A stretch of 64,000 nt of DNA from NCBI RefSeq assembly GCF_964188315.1, contig NC_135673.1, positions 31,806,001-31,870,000 on the forward strand, in the 5' to 3' direction. Origin of the DNA: Podarcis muralis. Lineage: Eukaryota. Below are positions 44,384-56,300 of this stretch, in pieces. Within the stretch, counting starts at the first letter, position 1; the number at the start of each line of letters is the position of its first letter. The translations under genes were made by a program, and so were the position numbers. Below the pieces are notes generated by a model. It was not told where the DNA came from and ran no database searches. It saw only the letters and a list, made by a program, of their open reading frames with translations.

Positions 44384-44599
44384 CAGTGGTACCTCAGCTA
44401 ACAGATCCTTCAGGTTACAGACGCTTCAGGTTACAGACCCAGAAATAGTACCTTGGGTTAAGAACTTTGCTTCAGGATGAGAACAGAAATTGTGCTCCGG
44501 TGGCGTGGCGGCAGCGGGAGGCCCCATTAGCTAAAGTGGTACCTCAGGTTAAGAACAGAACTCCAGAAAGAATTAAGTTCTTAACCTGAGGTACCACTG
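44384..44599. mobile_element. Tc1/mariner-type MITE
   Basis: TIRs CAGTGGTACCTCAG / CTGAGGTACCACTG; TA TSD; close relative of 25469 and 48149. Confidence 0.9.
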
Positions 44600-44846
44600 T
44601 ATTGTACCAGTCATGGCTGCTCCCTGCTCAAGAATTTTGGGAATTGTAGTTTACTAAGAGTTGTTAGGAGACCCCTATTCTCCCTGCAGAGTGTCAATTC
44701 TGAGTGGTTTAGCCATCAATCCCTCTTGCCAGGGAACTGGGAAATATAGATCTGTGAGGTGAATAGGGGTTTCCAAACAACTCTCAGCACCAGCTACACT
44801 TATCACTTATTTTATAACAGGGGTAGGGAGCCTCTACGCTGTAGGA

Positions 44847-44976
44847 CAGGCATGGCCAAACTTGGCCCTCCAGCTGTTGTGGGACTACAATTCCCATAAT
44901 CCTTAGCTAACAGGACCAGTGGTCAGGGATGATGGGAATTGTAGTCCAAAAAACAGTCCAAATTTGGCCATGCCTG
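44847..44976. mobile_element. hAT MITE
   Basis: TIRs CAGGCATGGCCAAA / TTTGGCCATGCCTG; TSD CTGTAGGA / CTGTAGGC. Confidence 0.88.
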
Positions 44977-45104
44977 CTGTAGGCCAAAAGAAGCCCTCCA
45001 GGCCATTCTGGCCCTGAGGATGCTTGCTGTCTCATGCCCCTCATCAGCCTCGCTCTGCACTCTCAAGTAATTTTGGCTGTTTGGAAACTTTCCTCTATGA
45101 TCAT

Positions 45105-45456
45105 AGGTAAAGGTAAAGGGACCCCTGACCATTAGGTCCAGTCGTGACCGATTCTGGGGTTGCAGCGCTCATCTCGCTTTATTGGCCGAGGGAGCCGGTG
45201 TACAGCTTCCGGGTCATGTGGCCAGCATGACTAAGCCGCTTCTGGCGAACCAGAGCAGTGCACGGAAACGCCGTTTACCTTCCGGCTGTAGCGGTACCTA
45301 TTTATCTACTTGTACTGGTATGCTTTCAAACTGCTAGGTTGGCAGGAGCAGGGACTGAGCAACGGGAGCTCACCCCGTCGCGGGGATTCGAACCGCGGAC
45401 CTTCTGATCGGCAAGTCCTAGGCTCTGTGGTTTAACCCACAGTGCCACCCGCGTCC
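45105..45456 (-). mobile_element. Full-length Sauria SINE
   Basis: (ACCTTT)n tail, body, tRNA head with B box; followed by an AT-rich degenerate tandem tract at 45457-45560. Confidence 0.92.
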
Positions 45457-48148
45457 ATTATACTATATAATCATTATATAATTATATATAATTATAGAAT
45501 TATTATAGAATTATATATAATCATTATATAATTATAATCATTATACTATGATTATACTTATTGCTTAACTAGATTGAAAGTTTGCGGGGGGGGGAGCTTT
45601 CAGAGAAACCCCTGGCTTTTGCACAAGTGGAATGGAGCCCACAGTACTAAGTTAAGAGTCATTTCATTGCTCCACTTCCCATTGCCTTCTACCTTGCCCA
45701 ACAGTGGCATGAACCCTTGGAAATTTCTCAACAAGGGTGTGTGTGAGAGAGAGAAAGAATAAGATACAGTTCAGTAAAATAAGTAAAAATTACTTTGATA
45801 AATAAATATTTCACAATAACTCCCAAAGAATATGTTTGTTGGCATTTTCTTGCATCTTATTGTACCAATGAAAACACTTCATTTCTTCTTTTTTTAGTAA
45901 CATTGTCTCCCTTCTCTGACTCTGACCATGTTGGTCCATTTCAGCATGCATACTGCAGAAAAATTCATGCATAGTAGGAATATGATTTTCTACTATGCAT
46001 GTGTTTTCTATGAGGTTAACTTTGCACCTAAGAGACACTGTCCTCATGTCAATTTATCTGAGAGCTGCTTTCCATGGTTGGGGAAATGTGCTGAGCAGAT
46101 TCTCAAAGGTACTTTGTCTTGAGAGACGTTTTTCAAAACAGCCAATTCTCTCCCTATAGGGTTTCACAGATTTTTGCCTTTAGGTTATTTTAAGTAAATA
46201 TTAGAAAACTGTCCATGGCAAATTGCATTCAGAAGATGCTTACAGGTGTTTAACAATGTGCCTAGAACCTTTGACACATTAACATTCACAACAGCAGCTA
46301 GGTATGCTGTTCTGGTTTGGGTGTGACTTTCTATGCTGAAGGTAGTCTCTACCAGGGAGGGAAGAAACTTGATTCAACTAGGATTTTAAAGTGATTCTAC
46401 CACACTTTGCAAACCATGTGAACTGAAACACTACTATTATTTGAAATTTGCACTTTGCCTAATTTTGTGATGCAGTTCTCCAGCAAAAACAAAATACACA
46501 AAAATGCACATACTGTATTGGGCATATATTTGTAATTATATAAAATGGTGATGAGTGGAGTGCTGGCAACGTCCTGACCCAAGTTATTGGTCTTTGTCGG
46601 GCAGGCAGTCAAGTCATGTTTTCATAGCAGTGACCAGAGGAGAAATGACCACTGGGAGGAGCACAGAGAGAAGAAACTCCATGATGCATTTGTAGCAGTA
46701 CAACTGGACACCATTATCTGCCCCAGCTGCAACAAAACATGCCTCTCCTGCATAAATCTCTCCAGCCACAATGGGTGCTGCAACTGTTCAACAGCTTGAC
46801 CTCATCCCTAAAGGCAGACTCCTCCATTGTCTTCCAAAACCAGACAGATGCCAACTCAATTCAATATAAAGTGCATTATATTCGGGAAATAGCTTGCAAA
46901 AATGTGTATATTATGAGAAAGCTGCACTAAAATGCCAATGGATTTTCAGGATTTTTTCTTTTAAAAAATTATAAACTGTAGCAGAAATTGTAGAGAACTG
47001 AACATAAGACTGGGAAAAATGAAAAGGAAAAAAACAACAACTGGGTTGACATACCGTAATCTCCTGTGTGGTAAGTGAACATTACTCACTTATGTGTGTG
47101 TGTGGGGGGGGGGAGAATAAAGATAACGTATGCCAAGTGACTAATGGCAGATTAACACAACCAATTAACATCATAATAATAATCATCTTTTATTTGTATC
47201 CTGCCCTCCCCGGCCAAAACTAATCGAGCAATTTTCTCTTGCAGACACACAGGTCCAAAGTCCTCCCTTCTGATTGCAGCTCAGTGGCAGAGCATCCGCC
47301 TTGCACACAGAAGGCACCAGGCAAATTCCTGCTGGCACCTTGAGGTAGGGCTGAGAGATACCTATGTGAAATCACACCACATAGAAAAACCCGAGTCAGA
47401 TGGACCAAGTATCTTACTTAGGATGCTTCTTAACATGCAGTAATTCATCTTGGTACAGTTGCTTTTTTAAAGGAACTTTGATGGCTGTTGTTGGCATCTG
47501 TCTCAATTGTGTGCTTCCAGGGGTGAAGTCAGACTGCGGCATCTGCAGCACTGAAATGTCCTCCCAGAGGCGTGAGTCTGGGCATAGAAGTCCTGGGCTG
47601 CCCAGGTGAACAGACTCTGCTCTTGGCCTTGCCGATGTGGTTCAAAGGAAAGCAGAGCTATACGCTTGGCACCCATTTGGCTGCAGGAGTTGCTGGAAGG
47701 AGCTGCACAAGGTGCCATTCAATTGTATTAGGGACTGCACTCTGGATTTGTGTAGTTTTCAGGGCCGTCTTAAGCATATGTGGCGCCGGGGTGCAAAGAT
47801 TCCTCTGCCCTCCCCACCCCCCGGTTTCCCAGAGTTGTCGACCTTTTTTAGGGGGGAGGGGAATCGCAACGTTGTCAGACCATGTGGTGAGGCAGAAAAA
47901 TGGCAGCCCACAGAAAAGCTTTGCAGGTCTGTAGAATATAGATCGTTTGCCCACTTAAAAAATGGCTGCCAAACCAAACCATGTGCTATAGCCTGCAATA
48001 TTGACCACGTGACCAGAAAACGAGATGGCAGCCCTCAGGTTGGCGATCTCACACTGCATGTAATGACAAACAAAAAGCAATCCAAAAACCCACACAAACT
48101 ACAAGGGGTGTTCACAGCAAACACTGCCACTAATGCCAATTGCCAATA

Positions 48149-48374
48149 CAATGGTACCTCAGGTTAAGTAGTTAATTCATTCCGGAGGTCCGTACTTAAC
48201 CTGAAACTGTTCTTAACCTGAAGCACCACTTTAGCTAATGGGGTCTCCTGCTGCTGCTGCGCTGCCGGAGCCCGATTTCTGTTCTCATCCTGAAGCAAAG
48301 TTCTTAACCTGAAGCACTATTTCTGGGTTAGCGGAGTCTGTAACCTGAAGCGTATGTAACCTGAGGTACCACTG
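48149..48374. mobile_element. Tc1/mariner-type MITE nested in the hAT element
   Basis: TIRs CAATGGTACCTCAGGTTA / TAACCTGAGGTACCACTG; TA TSD. Confidence 0.9.
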
Positions 48375-48719
48375 TATAGCGTTGCAATCCCCACTGTTAA
48401 ACAATAAAAGCTGGTAAAAACTGCCTTCAAGCCATTTCTACAGTGCGTGAAAAGCCCAAGCCTCTTAAAGTGGAAGGCAGCTCTTTAAACACAGAGGGAA
48501 ACACACAGCCCCCAGAGCACACACACCCTCATGCAAACCAGGAGTGACCGGGAGGCAAGCGGCAAACACACACACTCAAACCGTGCAACAGGGACCGGGA
48601 GGCTGGTGGCGTGTGAGAGATCCAAAATCTCGCCCGTGATGCAGGGGGCAATAACATGCCCCCTGCAAGCGCGGGAAGCGATCCCCACTCACAACCCCTC
48701 CCCTCGGGGCGGGGGCAGC

Positions 48720-48886
48720 CAGTGGCGTAGCGTGGGGTTGCAGGGGGGTCCAGTCGCACCGGGCGCAACATCTGGGGGTTAGGGTTAGGGGGTGCAAATC
48801 CACGGGTTGGGGGCGCAAATCCATGGGTTAGGGGGCGCAAATTACTTGCCTTGCCCCGGGTACTGACAACCCACGCTACGCCACTG
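48720..48886. mobile_element. hAT MITE with G-rich / telomere-like internal repeats, nested
   Basis: 17-bp TIRs CAGTGGCGTAGCGTGGG / CCCACGCTACGCCACTG; perfect 8-bp TSD GGGGCAGC. Confidence 0.9.
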
Positions 48887-49311
48887 GGGGCAGCAGCGGA
48901 GCGGAGTCGCCCGATGCCCACAGCAGAAGAGCCTGCGGCACAGCCTCTGACAGAATCTGCTCCGCTCGTCAGCGCAGCTTCCCCAGACTCCAAATTTTGG
49001 CCCTGGACTCTTGCTGGGCGCCCCTGAGAGGCCGGCGCCATGGCATGACGGACCACTAAGCCCAATGGTTAAGATGGCCCTGGTAGTTCTTATCCTCTTC
49101 TTCTTCCAAAGGTAGCCCACAAAGCAGTGGAGGTTCAGGACCAGAGTTTTCCTTCTAGGAGGACTACCTTCTTAGGTTGACAAGCCTCGTTTGCCTCTCA
49201 CATGGCATCTCCAGAAACAGGCTCCTTGGCCTTTGGACCCACTATTGGTCTCATCAATTGGTCTGATCAATCCACCACATGCCTGAGAAGTCACCAACTG
49301 AGGGTTTGAGA

Positions 49312-49487
49312 CATAGTTGTCAACCTTCCCTTTTTTGCGGGAAATTCCCTTATTCCAGCACCGTTTCCGCTGCTATCCCGGATTGTTAGATATCCCATAG
49401 ACTGTCCCTGGGACAGGTGAGGCTGCTGATCCCTTATTTTCGAGGCTGCTGATCCCTTATTTTCAAATATGAAAGTTGACAGCTATG
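49312..49487. mobile_element. hAT-type MITE
   Basis: TIRs CATAGTTGTCAAC / GTTGACAGCTATG; perfect 8-bp TSD GTTTGAGA; internal 23-bp tandem duplication. Confidence 0.85.
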
Positions 49488-50073
49488 GTTTGAGACCCAA
49501 CAGCTACCCTCACCTGGTTTAGCCATGCCCCAGGGATTTCCTCAGTAGGTACCCGTATACATTCAGGTATTATTATTATTTTGTGCCCCATCAGCTTGGC
49601 ACCCTGTGTGGGGGAATTGCCTGCACCTAACCTGGTGCTGCACAAGGCGGTTGTGGGGATTAAAATGAGAAAGGGGGAGCTACACCACCTCAGAGGGGGG
49701 TGGAAGGTGGGATATAAATGCAATAAATAAATAATTCAATGTGCTTATTACTAGTGATTAAATCTCTATACCACCCTTCATCCGAAGATCACAGTATTGT
49801 ATTTTTATTTTATTCATTCATTCATTCATTCATTTAAAAAGGGTCCTTTAGGAGCTGCTTGTTTCTGTTTCTTAACTCTCCCTCTGACTGAGGAAAAACT
49901 AACTCGCCGGTAGTTCCTTCGCCTGACGATTTAAATCTCGGGGACGGGGAGGAGCGAGCGGAGGGGGCGGAGCTTGGCGCCGGCGTGCCCCTCACACCCA
50001 CCCCGAATGGGCGTGGCCGCGCACCTTCCGCTCTGATCGGCAGCATTGTCCCGGAGCTGCGACCTCTTTTGCC

Positions 50074-50322
50074 ATGGCGCTCTCTCGCGCAGAGCGCTGC
50101 GTCGTGCTCGTGCTGCGCTTCCTCTCGGGAGCCCTCCTCGCGCTGCTCAGCCTGGCGGCGCGCGCCTCAGCCCTCCGCTCCCCGTTGAGGGCGCCGGCGG
50201 CAGTGGCGACTTCTGCTGCTTCTCCTCCTGGCCCCAGCAGAGCCCGCGCCGTCCCGCCGCCGGAACACCCATTGCTGTTGCTGTCCGCAGTGGAGCTGGC
50301 GCGGCGGATCCGCCGCAGGGAG
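50074..50322 (+). CDS. FAAH2: FAAH2 exon 1 (83 aa)
   Basis: GCCATGG start; hydrophobic N-terminus; EHPLLLLSAVELARRIRRRE; donor GAG|GTAAGG. Confidence 0.92.
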
Positions 50323-50351
50323 GTAAGGGCCCGGACAGCCCGTCTCTGAGT

Positions 50352-50393
<42 letters not shown>

Positions 50394-53300
50394 TGGGAGG
50401 GGATCGCCCCGCAAGGGCTGCTGGGCACTGTAGTTTTGCTAGGAGGGGGTCTACTCTAAGGCAAAGCTTGGGGATTCCTAGCCCTTCGCGAATGCCCCAT
50501 GTTCCTAGACCACCTAGGCTTCCATATATCCTACCTTGACTCTGAGGATCTGCTTATGAAGTTGTGCCACAAAATCCAGTGTGGAATATTTAGTGGAAGT
50601 CCTCTGTTCCAAGGTAGCAGGGGCATGTCGGCTCTCACAGCCTTGGTGCTCTCTTTTTAATTTCTTTGCAGCTTGTTTGTGGAGTATGGAATCTAGATCT
50701 GGCGTGGGAGATTCTTGGCCTAGGCACAAGGGCTGAACCTTTCAGAATAAATCAACTTAACATGAATCCCAGGATCTTTGTATGTAGAATCTTAAGTCCA
50801 CATAGTTCTATTAGATACTCCACCTGCTTTCAAAGAAAAAATAAATTTATCGCGAGAATGTGGGCGATGTTCCCTTTAGTTAAAGGAAAGAGGCAGTACT
50901 CTTTAATAGTTCTTTTACTATTAAAAGTACCACTTTTACAACCAGAATGGTGAAGGCAGATAGTATTGGGCACCCAAAAGGTGGAGGGAGCAGAAAAATA
51001 CCCATCTGCTGCATTAGCTTTCTTTCTAGCGCAGTGAAGAGACCAGGATTGCACCTGTTGCCATTATGTGACAGTAGCAGGATCGGCAGAGGAGCCATAG
51101 GATTCTGCGGTGGCTCAGCCCCACCCCTGAAGCACCCTGTTTCAGAGATTTCTGCTGGTGGGGACGCCACTAGTGGTTGATTCTGCTCACTATTTGGATG
51201 GGTGCATTGGGGTGCTCTTTGCTGGCAGCGCTTCCACACTGATGGTTGGAGCTTCCCTGGTTGCAAAAGCCTTTAAAATGTAATTTCTGGCCCCATTCAA
51301 ACTCCCTTCAGCACAGGGATTCAGGGATTTGGATTGCTCAGTTATCCATGGTAGTAGTCTACTGACTCCAAACATGTAGCTTTCATGTGGGAAAGACCAA
51401 GAGCTGGGGGTGGGAGGGTGGGAGAGAGAAATCCAGCTCCTAAAAATGCAATATCTGAAACTTTTCTAATTCTTCAGATGGTTTGGTAAGCCACTATCTC
51501 TGCAGCATTAAAGTTCATTTGCTGAACATTATACCCATTTGATAAGGGTCTCGCCTGCCTTCAGTTTACCCACTAAATAAATGTTTTAAAGAAATCCCAC
51601 CAAATGCAAAGCCTGCCATGCTCTTGCTGTTTACCTTCTGCCCACTTTTCTGTGGAAGATACAAATAAATTTGCAATGAGCCCTGCTGGTGTTCATGATG
51701 AAATAAATTTGGATTGGTTCCACTTGAATACTTCACTGGGGTAGTTGTGGTAACTGCACATCATAGAATTATCCTAGCAATTCTGAAATAGCCAAAAGCA
51801 TCTGGAGAAGAGTAAGAGAACATCCTGTTCTTAGTTTTAATTTTTGTTTTGCAGATTAATGCAAATCATTATTAGGGATAGAGAGTTGCTAGACCACAAT
51901 GATGCTGGCTTCCTTGCTTTATCCACCTGTATTACCGATTTTTAGGTTGGGTGGGGGAATGACAAACCAGCCTGGTCACCTGGAGGCAAGTTTTACTCTC
52001 AGCAAGTTACTATTTGAAAATCTAGATTTAAGAAGGTAATCAACTGTACCACCGTTGATGCTGATGTCCCCTCACCTCCAGTTCTAAATGCACCTGTTGC
52101 ATGAGTGAATTCCAATTTGTTTCAACAACACTTGCTTCTAAACTAAGGTTACCAGTTGTCCCCATTTCCCGGGGACAGTCCCCGGATTTACGAATAAGTC
52201 CCCATACAAAATCCATTGAAGTTGAAAAATGTCCCCAGACTCATTGAAAAAAATCTGGTAACCTTATTCTAAACAAGCATTACACTGTTCTTTAGCTGCT
52301 TTGCGTCAGGGCAAGAGATTGGTATTGAGAATCTCGTCTCCTGCCCCTCCCTTCCTTAAAGGAATGTGGTTTTTTCCAGTGACTTGCTTGGTGTGTATTG
52401 TAAAGAGGTTTGGAATCTTAGGAGAAATCTTGTGTACATTCTCATTTAGAAGATTTTCAAATAAGCCTCCAAGCACTGTTCAGATTATAACTTATCCAAA
52501 ACCTGTAGAGGTTACCGTGGCATAGACTTTTGACCCAGGCAAATAACATACAGTAATTGTCTTTCATGGTTATACAGGAAAATGGGCTCATTTGAGTCCT
52601 TACATTCTGTTGTGCATCTTTCATAGGGGCGGGGAAACTTTGTGTCATCATCACATGTTGCTGAACTGCAGTTCCCATCGTTCCCAGCCATTGACCATGC
52701 TTTCTAGGGCTTGTGGGAATTGTAGTCTGGCAACATCTGGAGGCTTCCCATATTTTCCACCATATCTCCAACTCTTTCTTAACCTCTTTCCACAATTTAA
52801 TATACCGTATTTTTCCTTCTATAAGATGCCCCCGTGTATAAGATGCCCCCCATTTTGGGGGACTCAGATTTAAGAAAATGGGAGGAGATGGCCCCGTGTA
52901 TAAGAAGCCCCCTAATTTTTGACATTATTTTTAAGGGGGAAAACCTAGTTTTATACACGGAAATATACAGCAATTATTTTCAAATAGGTTAAGATTTCTT
53001 AAAGGTAAGGTAAAGGGACCCCTGACCATTACGTCCAGTCGTGACCGACTCTGGGGTTGCGGCACTCATCTCGCTTTATTTGCCGAGGCAGCCAGCGTAC
53101 TGCTTCCGGGTCATGTGGCCAGCATGACTAAGCTTCTTCTGGCGAACCAGAGCAGTGCACAGAAATGCCGTTTACCTTCCTGCCGGAGCAGTACCTATTT
53201 ATCTAATTGCACTTGACGTGCTTTCGAACTGCTAGGTTGGCAGGAGCAGGGACTGAGCAATGAGAGCTCACCCCGTCGCGGGGATTCGAACCACCAACCT

Positions 53301-56300
53301 TCTGATCAGCAAGTCCTAGGCTCTGTGGTTTAACTCACAGCGCCACTCGCGTCCCAATAAGATTTCTTACTGTCAGCCAAATTCCCAAATACAACTTTTT
53401 GCCTATTTTTAAACTAGACATCCTTTCTAAAAAATTTTTTTGACTGCTCATCCATGTTTTTGACCAACATTTTGGTTTTATCTGAGCTTATTTTGAAACC
53501 TGCCACTTCTCCAAACCTTTTAATTTCTTCTAATGTTTTGGGAATGCTCTCCAAAGGTTGTTCTCGTGTCAGCACCACATCGTCAGCAAATGCCCTTAAT
53601 TTATAGTCTCTATGTCCCACCTCAATACCTTTAATATTCAATGAACATTTAAAGCACATTGCCTCCCTCAAATAATACCTGTGGGAAACTATTTTGTTAA
53701 GGGTGCTAGGAGTTGTAGCTCAGTGCGGGTAAAATGCAGTTCTGAGTATTCTTTGAGGAAAAACATGCATGTTAAATGTAGGCACATTCCCAGATGGCAA
53801 GGGAAATAATTCGTAATAGTGAGTATGAGCTAAATTCTGCCTCTTTCTGAAATCTGTTGTTATCAGCGGCTTCCCTCACATTGCTGCTCACACCCAATGG
53901 TTAATGATAAACTTATTTATCACTTATTTTATTGCATGTATATTACACCACTTTCCCAAGGAACTCAGACATACTGTGCGTGGGCTTTTCCAATTTTCCC
54001 CTACTCAACAAATATTGTGAGGTGAGTGAGGCTAAAATACAGCAACTGACTGAAGGCACATGGCCATGTGGAGAGCCTCCTTTCTCAGAGATAGTGTACC
54101 ACTGACAAGTAATTTTCTGGCAAGTAATAGCAGGGAGTGTGCGATGGACGTTTTGCCTTGCTTGTGAGCTTCACAGAAACATCTGTAAACCATTTTGTGA
54201 AGCTGGATTATTTGGACCTTTGGTCTGATCCATTAAAGTTCATAGCTGCCCAGAGTGGCTTGAGCAGCATATAAAGAATGAATCATCATCATTATTAAAT
54301 TATTATAGAATATTCAAACCTTCATTACCTTGCTCCAAGCCCAGCATTCTATCCATGACACAGTGCTAATTGCTAATGAAACAGAACACAATGTTCAGTA
54401 CATACGATCATTAGATCTCTGAAAGTTAGCCAGATTGCAGCAATCTTTTGAGAACTTTTTATTCCTTGCAGGTGAAATGTATTGATGTTATTGAAACATA
54501 CATTGGGAGGATCAAAGAAGTCAACCCATTGATCAATGCGGTTGTAAAAGACAGGTGAGTGATGGAATTTATACTTTCTGTTTCAACATATTTCTACTTC
54601 TGACAGGAAAAAGGGCAGGCAGATGTGGTCCTCCGCTAGAGATTCTCTGTTGCCTCACACGTTGACCTACTTTGAGTCAATACAGTTCCTGAAGAACTCT
54701 TCCAAGCGCTCACATAGTTATGATTTGCAACACAATCATAGCAAAAGTAACTAGTTTGTAGCTTCTCCGAATCCAAACAAAGGGAGCTCTGCTCATTCTC
54801 AGAAGTACTTGTCCTTTCTGAACCTTTCGCTGACCTTGGGCATCTTGTATTCAGACTAAGAACATGAGAGCTGGCCTACTGGATGAGTGGGGCAGGCAGG
54901 TGGGGTAAAGTTTCATCTCACCTAGTACTCTGTCTCCCAACAGCGGCTGATCAGATGCCCCCTGGAAGACTCACAAGCAGGGGCATGGTGGAGAAAGGTG
55001 ATGTGATAGGTGGCCCATCTCACGGGGTGGGACAAAGCAGCACCCGGCAATAACGAGCCTCCCACTCACCAACCTTCCTGCAGGGATCTGCATTGCCAAT
55101 GCATTCTCTGGAATCTTTGGGCCCCATCCCCATCATGCCTATCAGCTAATGTCATCCTTTGCTGGTGGGCATGTGGCTGTAGTTTGGAGAAATGGTCTAA
55201 TGGGTCAGACCCCCTGTAGACCACGACTGGCTGCAAGGTGGAGATTATCTGTCCCTGTTGTATACCATCATGTTTTTCTTTTAAGGATTTTTTAAAAGCC
55301 ATTTGACCATTTGTCCTCGCTCCCAGGTAGGAAATAGCAAGGGGCTGCATACCTGAGGGGAAACCTGGAGACAGAACCCTGTTTTGTTTATCCGAGGTCA
55401 AGAACCTCTTTGCCGTTAAGCAAATATTTCTAGAGAAGTTGCAAAGCTGTGGTGATCACAAAGCAAAAAAACCAAAAAACAGCAACATTTAGACTTGGCT
55501 CCCTCTGAAGTCTTTCTCCAGCTTCACCTTTGGCTGTGGCTCCAGAGATGGAACTTGGGAGGAGCAATAGGTGTGGGACAAAATGAGCATCGTAGGAAGA
55601 CCAGTTAGGTTCCAGGCTCTAGAGATTGACGGGTTTTCTCTTATTTCCTCTGGCTCTTACCCATCCATCCCTCTCAGGTTTGAAGCTGCCCTTGAGGAAG
55701 CTCATCAGGTCGACCAGCTGCTCTCTGAGGGGCAAGATGATGAAGAGTCACTGAAGGAAAAGTTCCCCTTCTTGGGGGTCCCTATCACCATCAAAGAAGC
55801 CTTTGCGCTATACGGTATGTTCTTTTGCATAACCTCCACCCACCTCTTGACCGCAGTCTGTAGCCTTCCCTCATTTAATTTATTTATCTATTTCATAGAT
55901 TTGTTTCAGTATGAATATTTTAATGGGTAACAGAGCAACCCTTAAGACGTTTTGTTTGTTGCTTTCTTAAATCGGCATTCCTTCATTCTTTTAAAACTCT
56001 GTCGATGAGATCTTATAAAATAGTGACTGCCAAGTGTATCTAAACAACGGTGCTTGAATCAGTTGAATCCTTTTTAAAAAAAATAATTTTTATTAAGTTT
56101 TCCAATTTAACAGTCCAATCAGATCACATTAAATATTCCAAATTATACAAATACATATCATATAATCCAAATATTTTGCCAAATTATAAATTTTTGTTGG
56201 GGCTTCCCATGCTTCAAGTTCAGTGGGGTCCAATCATCTTATGTTTCTACTGCCTTGAGTTTCCAATAGTTCCTTCTTTAAATCTTCCTGTTGTTATCCT

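Larger units (their letters stand above)
47760..49082. mobile_element. 1.3-kb non-autonomous hAT element carrying two nested MITEs
   Basis: TIRs CAGGGCCGTCTTAA / TTAAGATGGCCCTG; 8-bp TSD GTAGTTTT / GTAGTTCT. Confidence 0.8.
49900..50420 (+). promoter_or_regulatory. CpG island / promoter of FAAH2
   Basis: CpG-dense; GC boxes GGGGGCGGAGC (about 49963) and GGGCGTGGC (about 50010) upstream of the ATG; boundaries approximate. Confidence 0.8.

Noticed and set aside
48529-49065. 178-aa minus-strand ORF
   Set aside because: Lies entirely within nested hAT elements and reads through the G-rich MITE repeats.
49992-50414. 140-aa minus-strand ORF
   Set aside because: Antisense to FAAH2 exon 1 plus the (AG)n repeat.
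51695-51786. C/D-box snoRNA-like pair ATGATGA ... CTGA with a 4-bp terminal stem
   Set aside because: Such short boxes are expected several times by chance in 64 kb; no clear C'/D' boxes or recognisable rRNA guide. A snoscan/Infernal hit would be needed.
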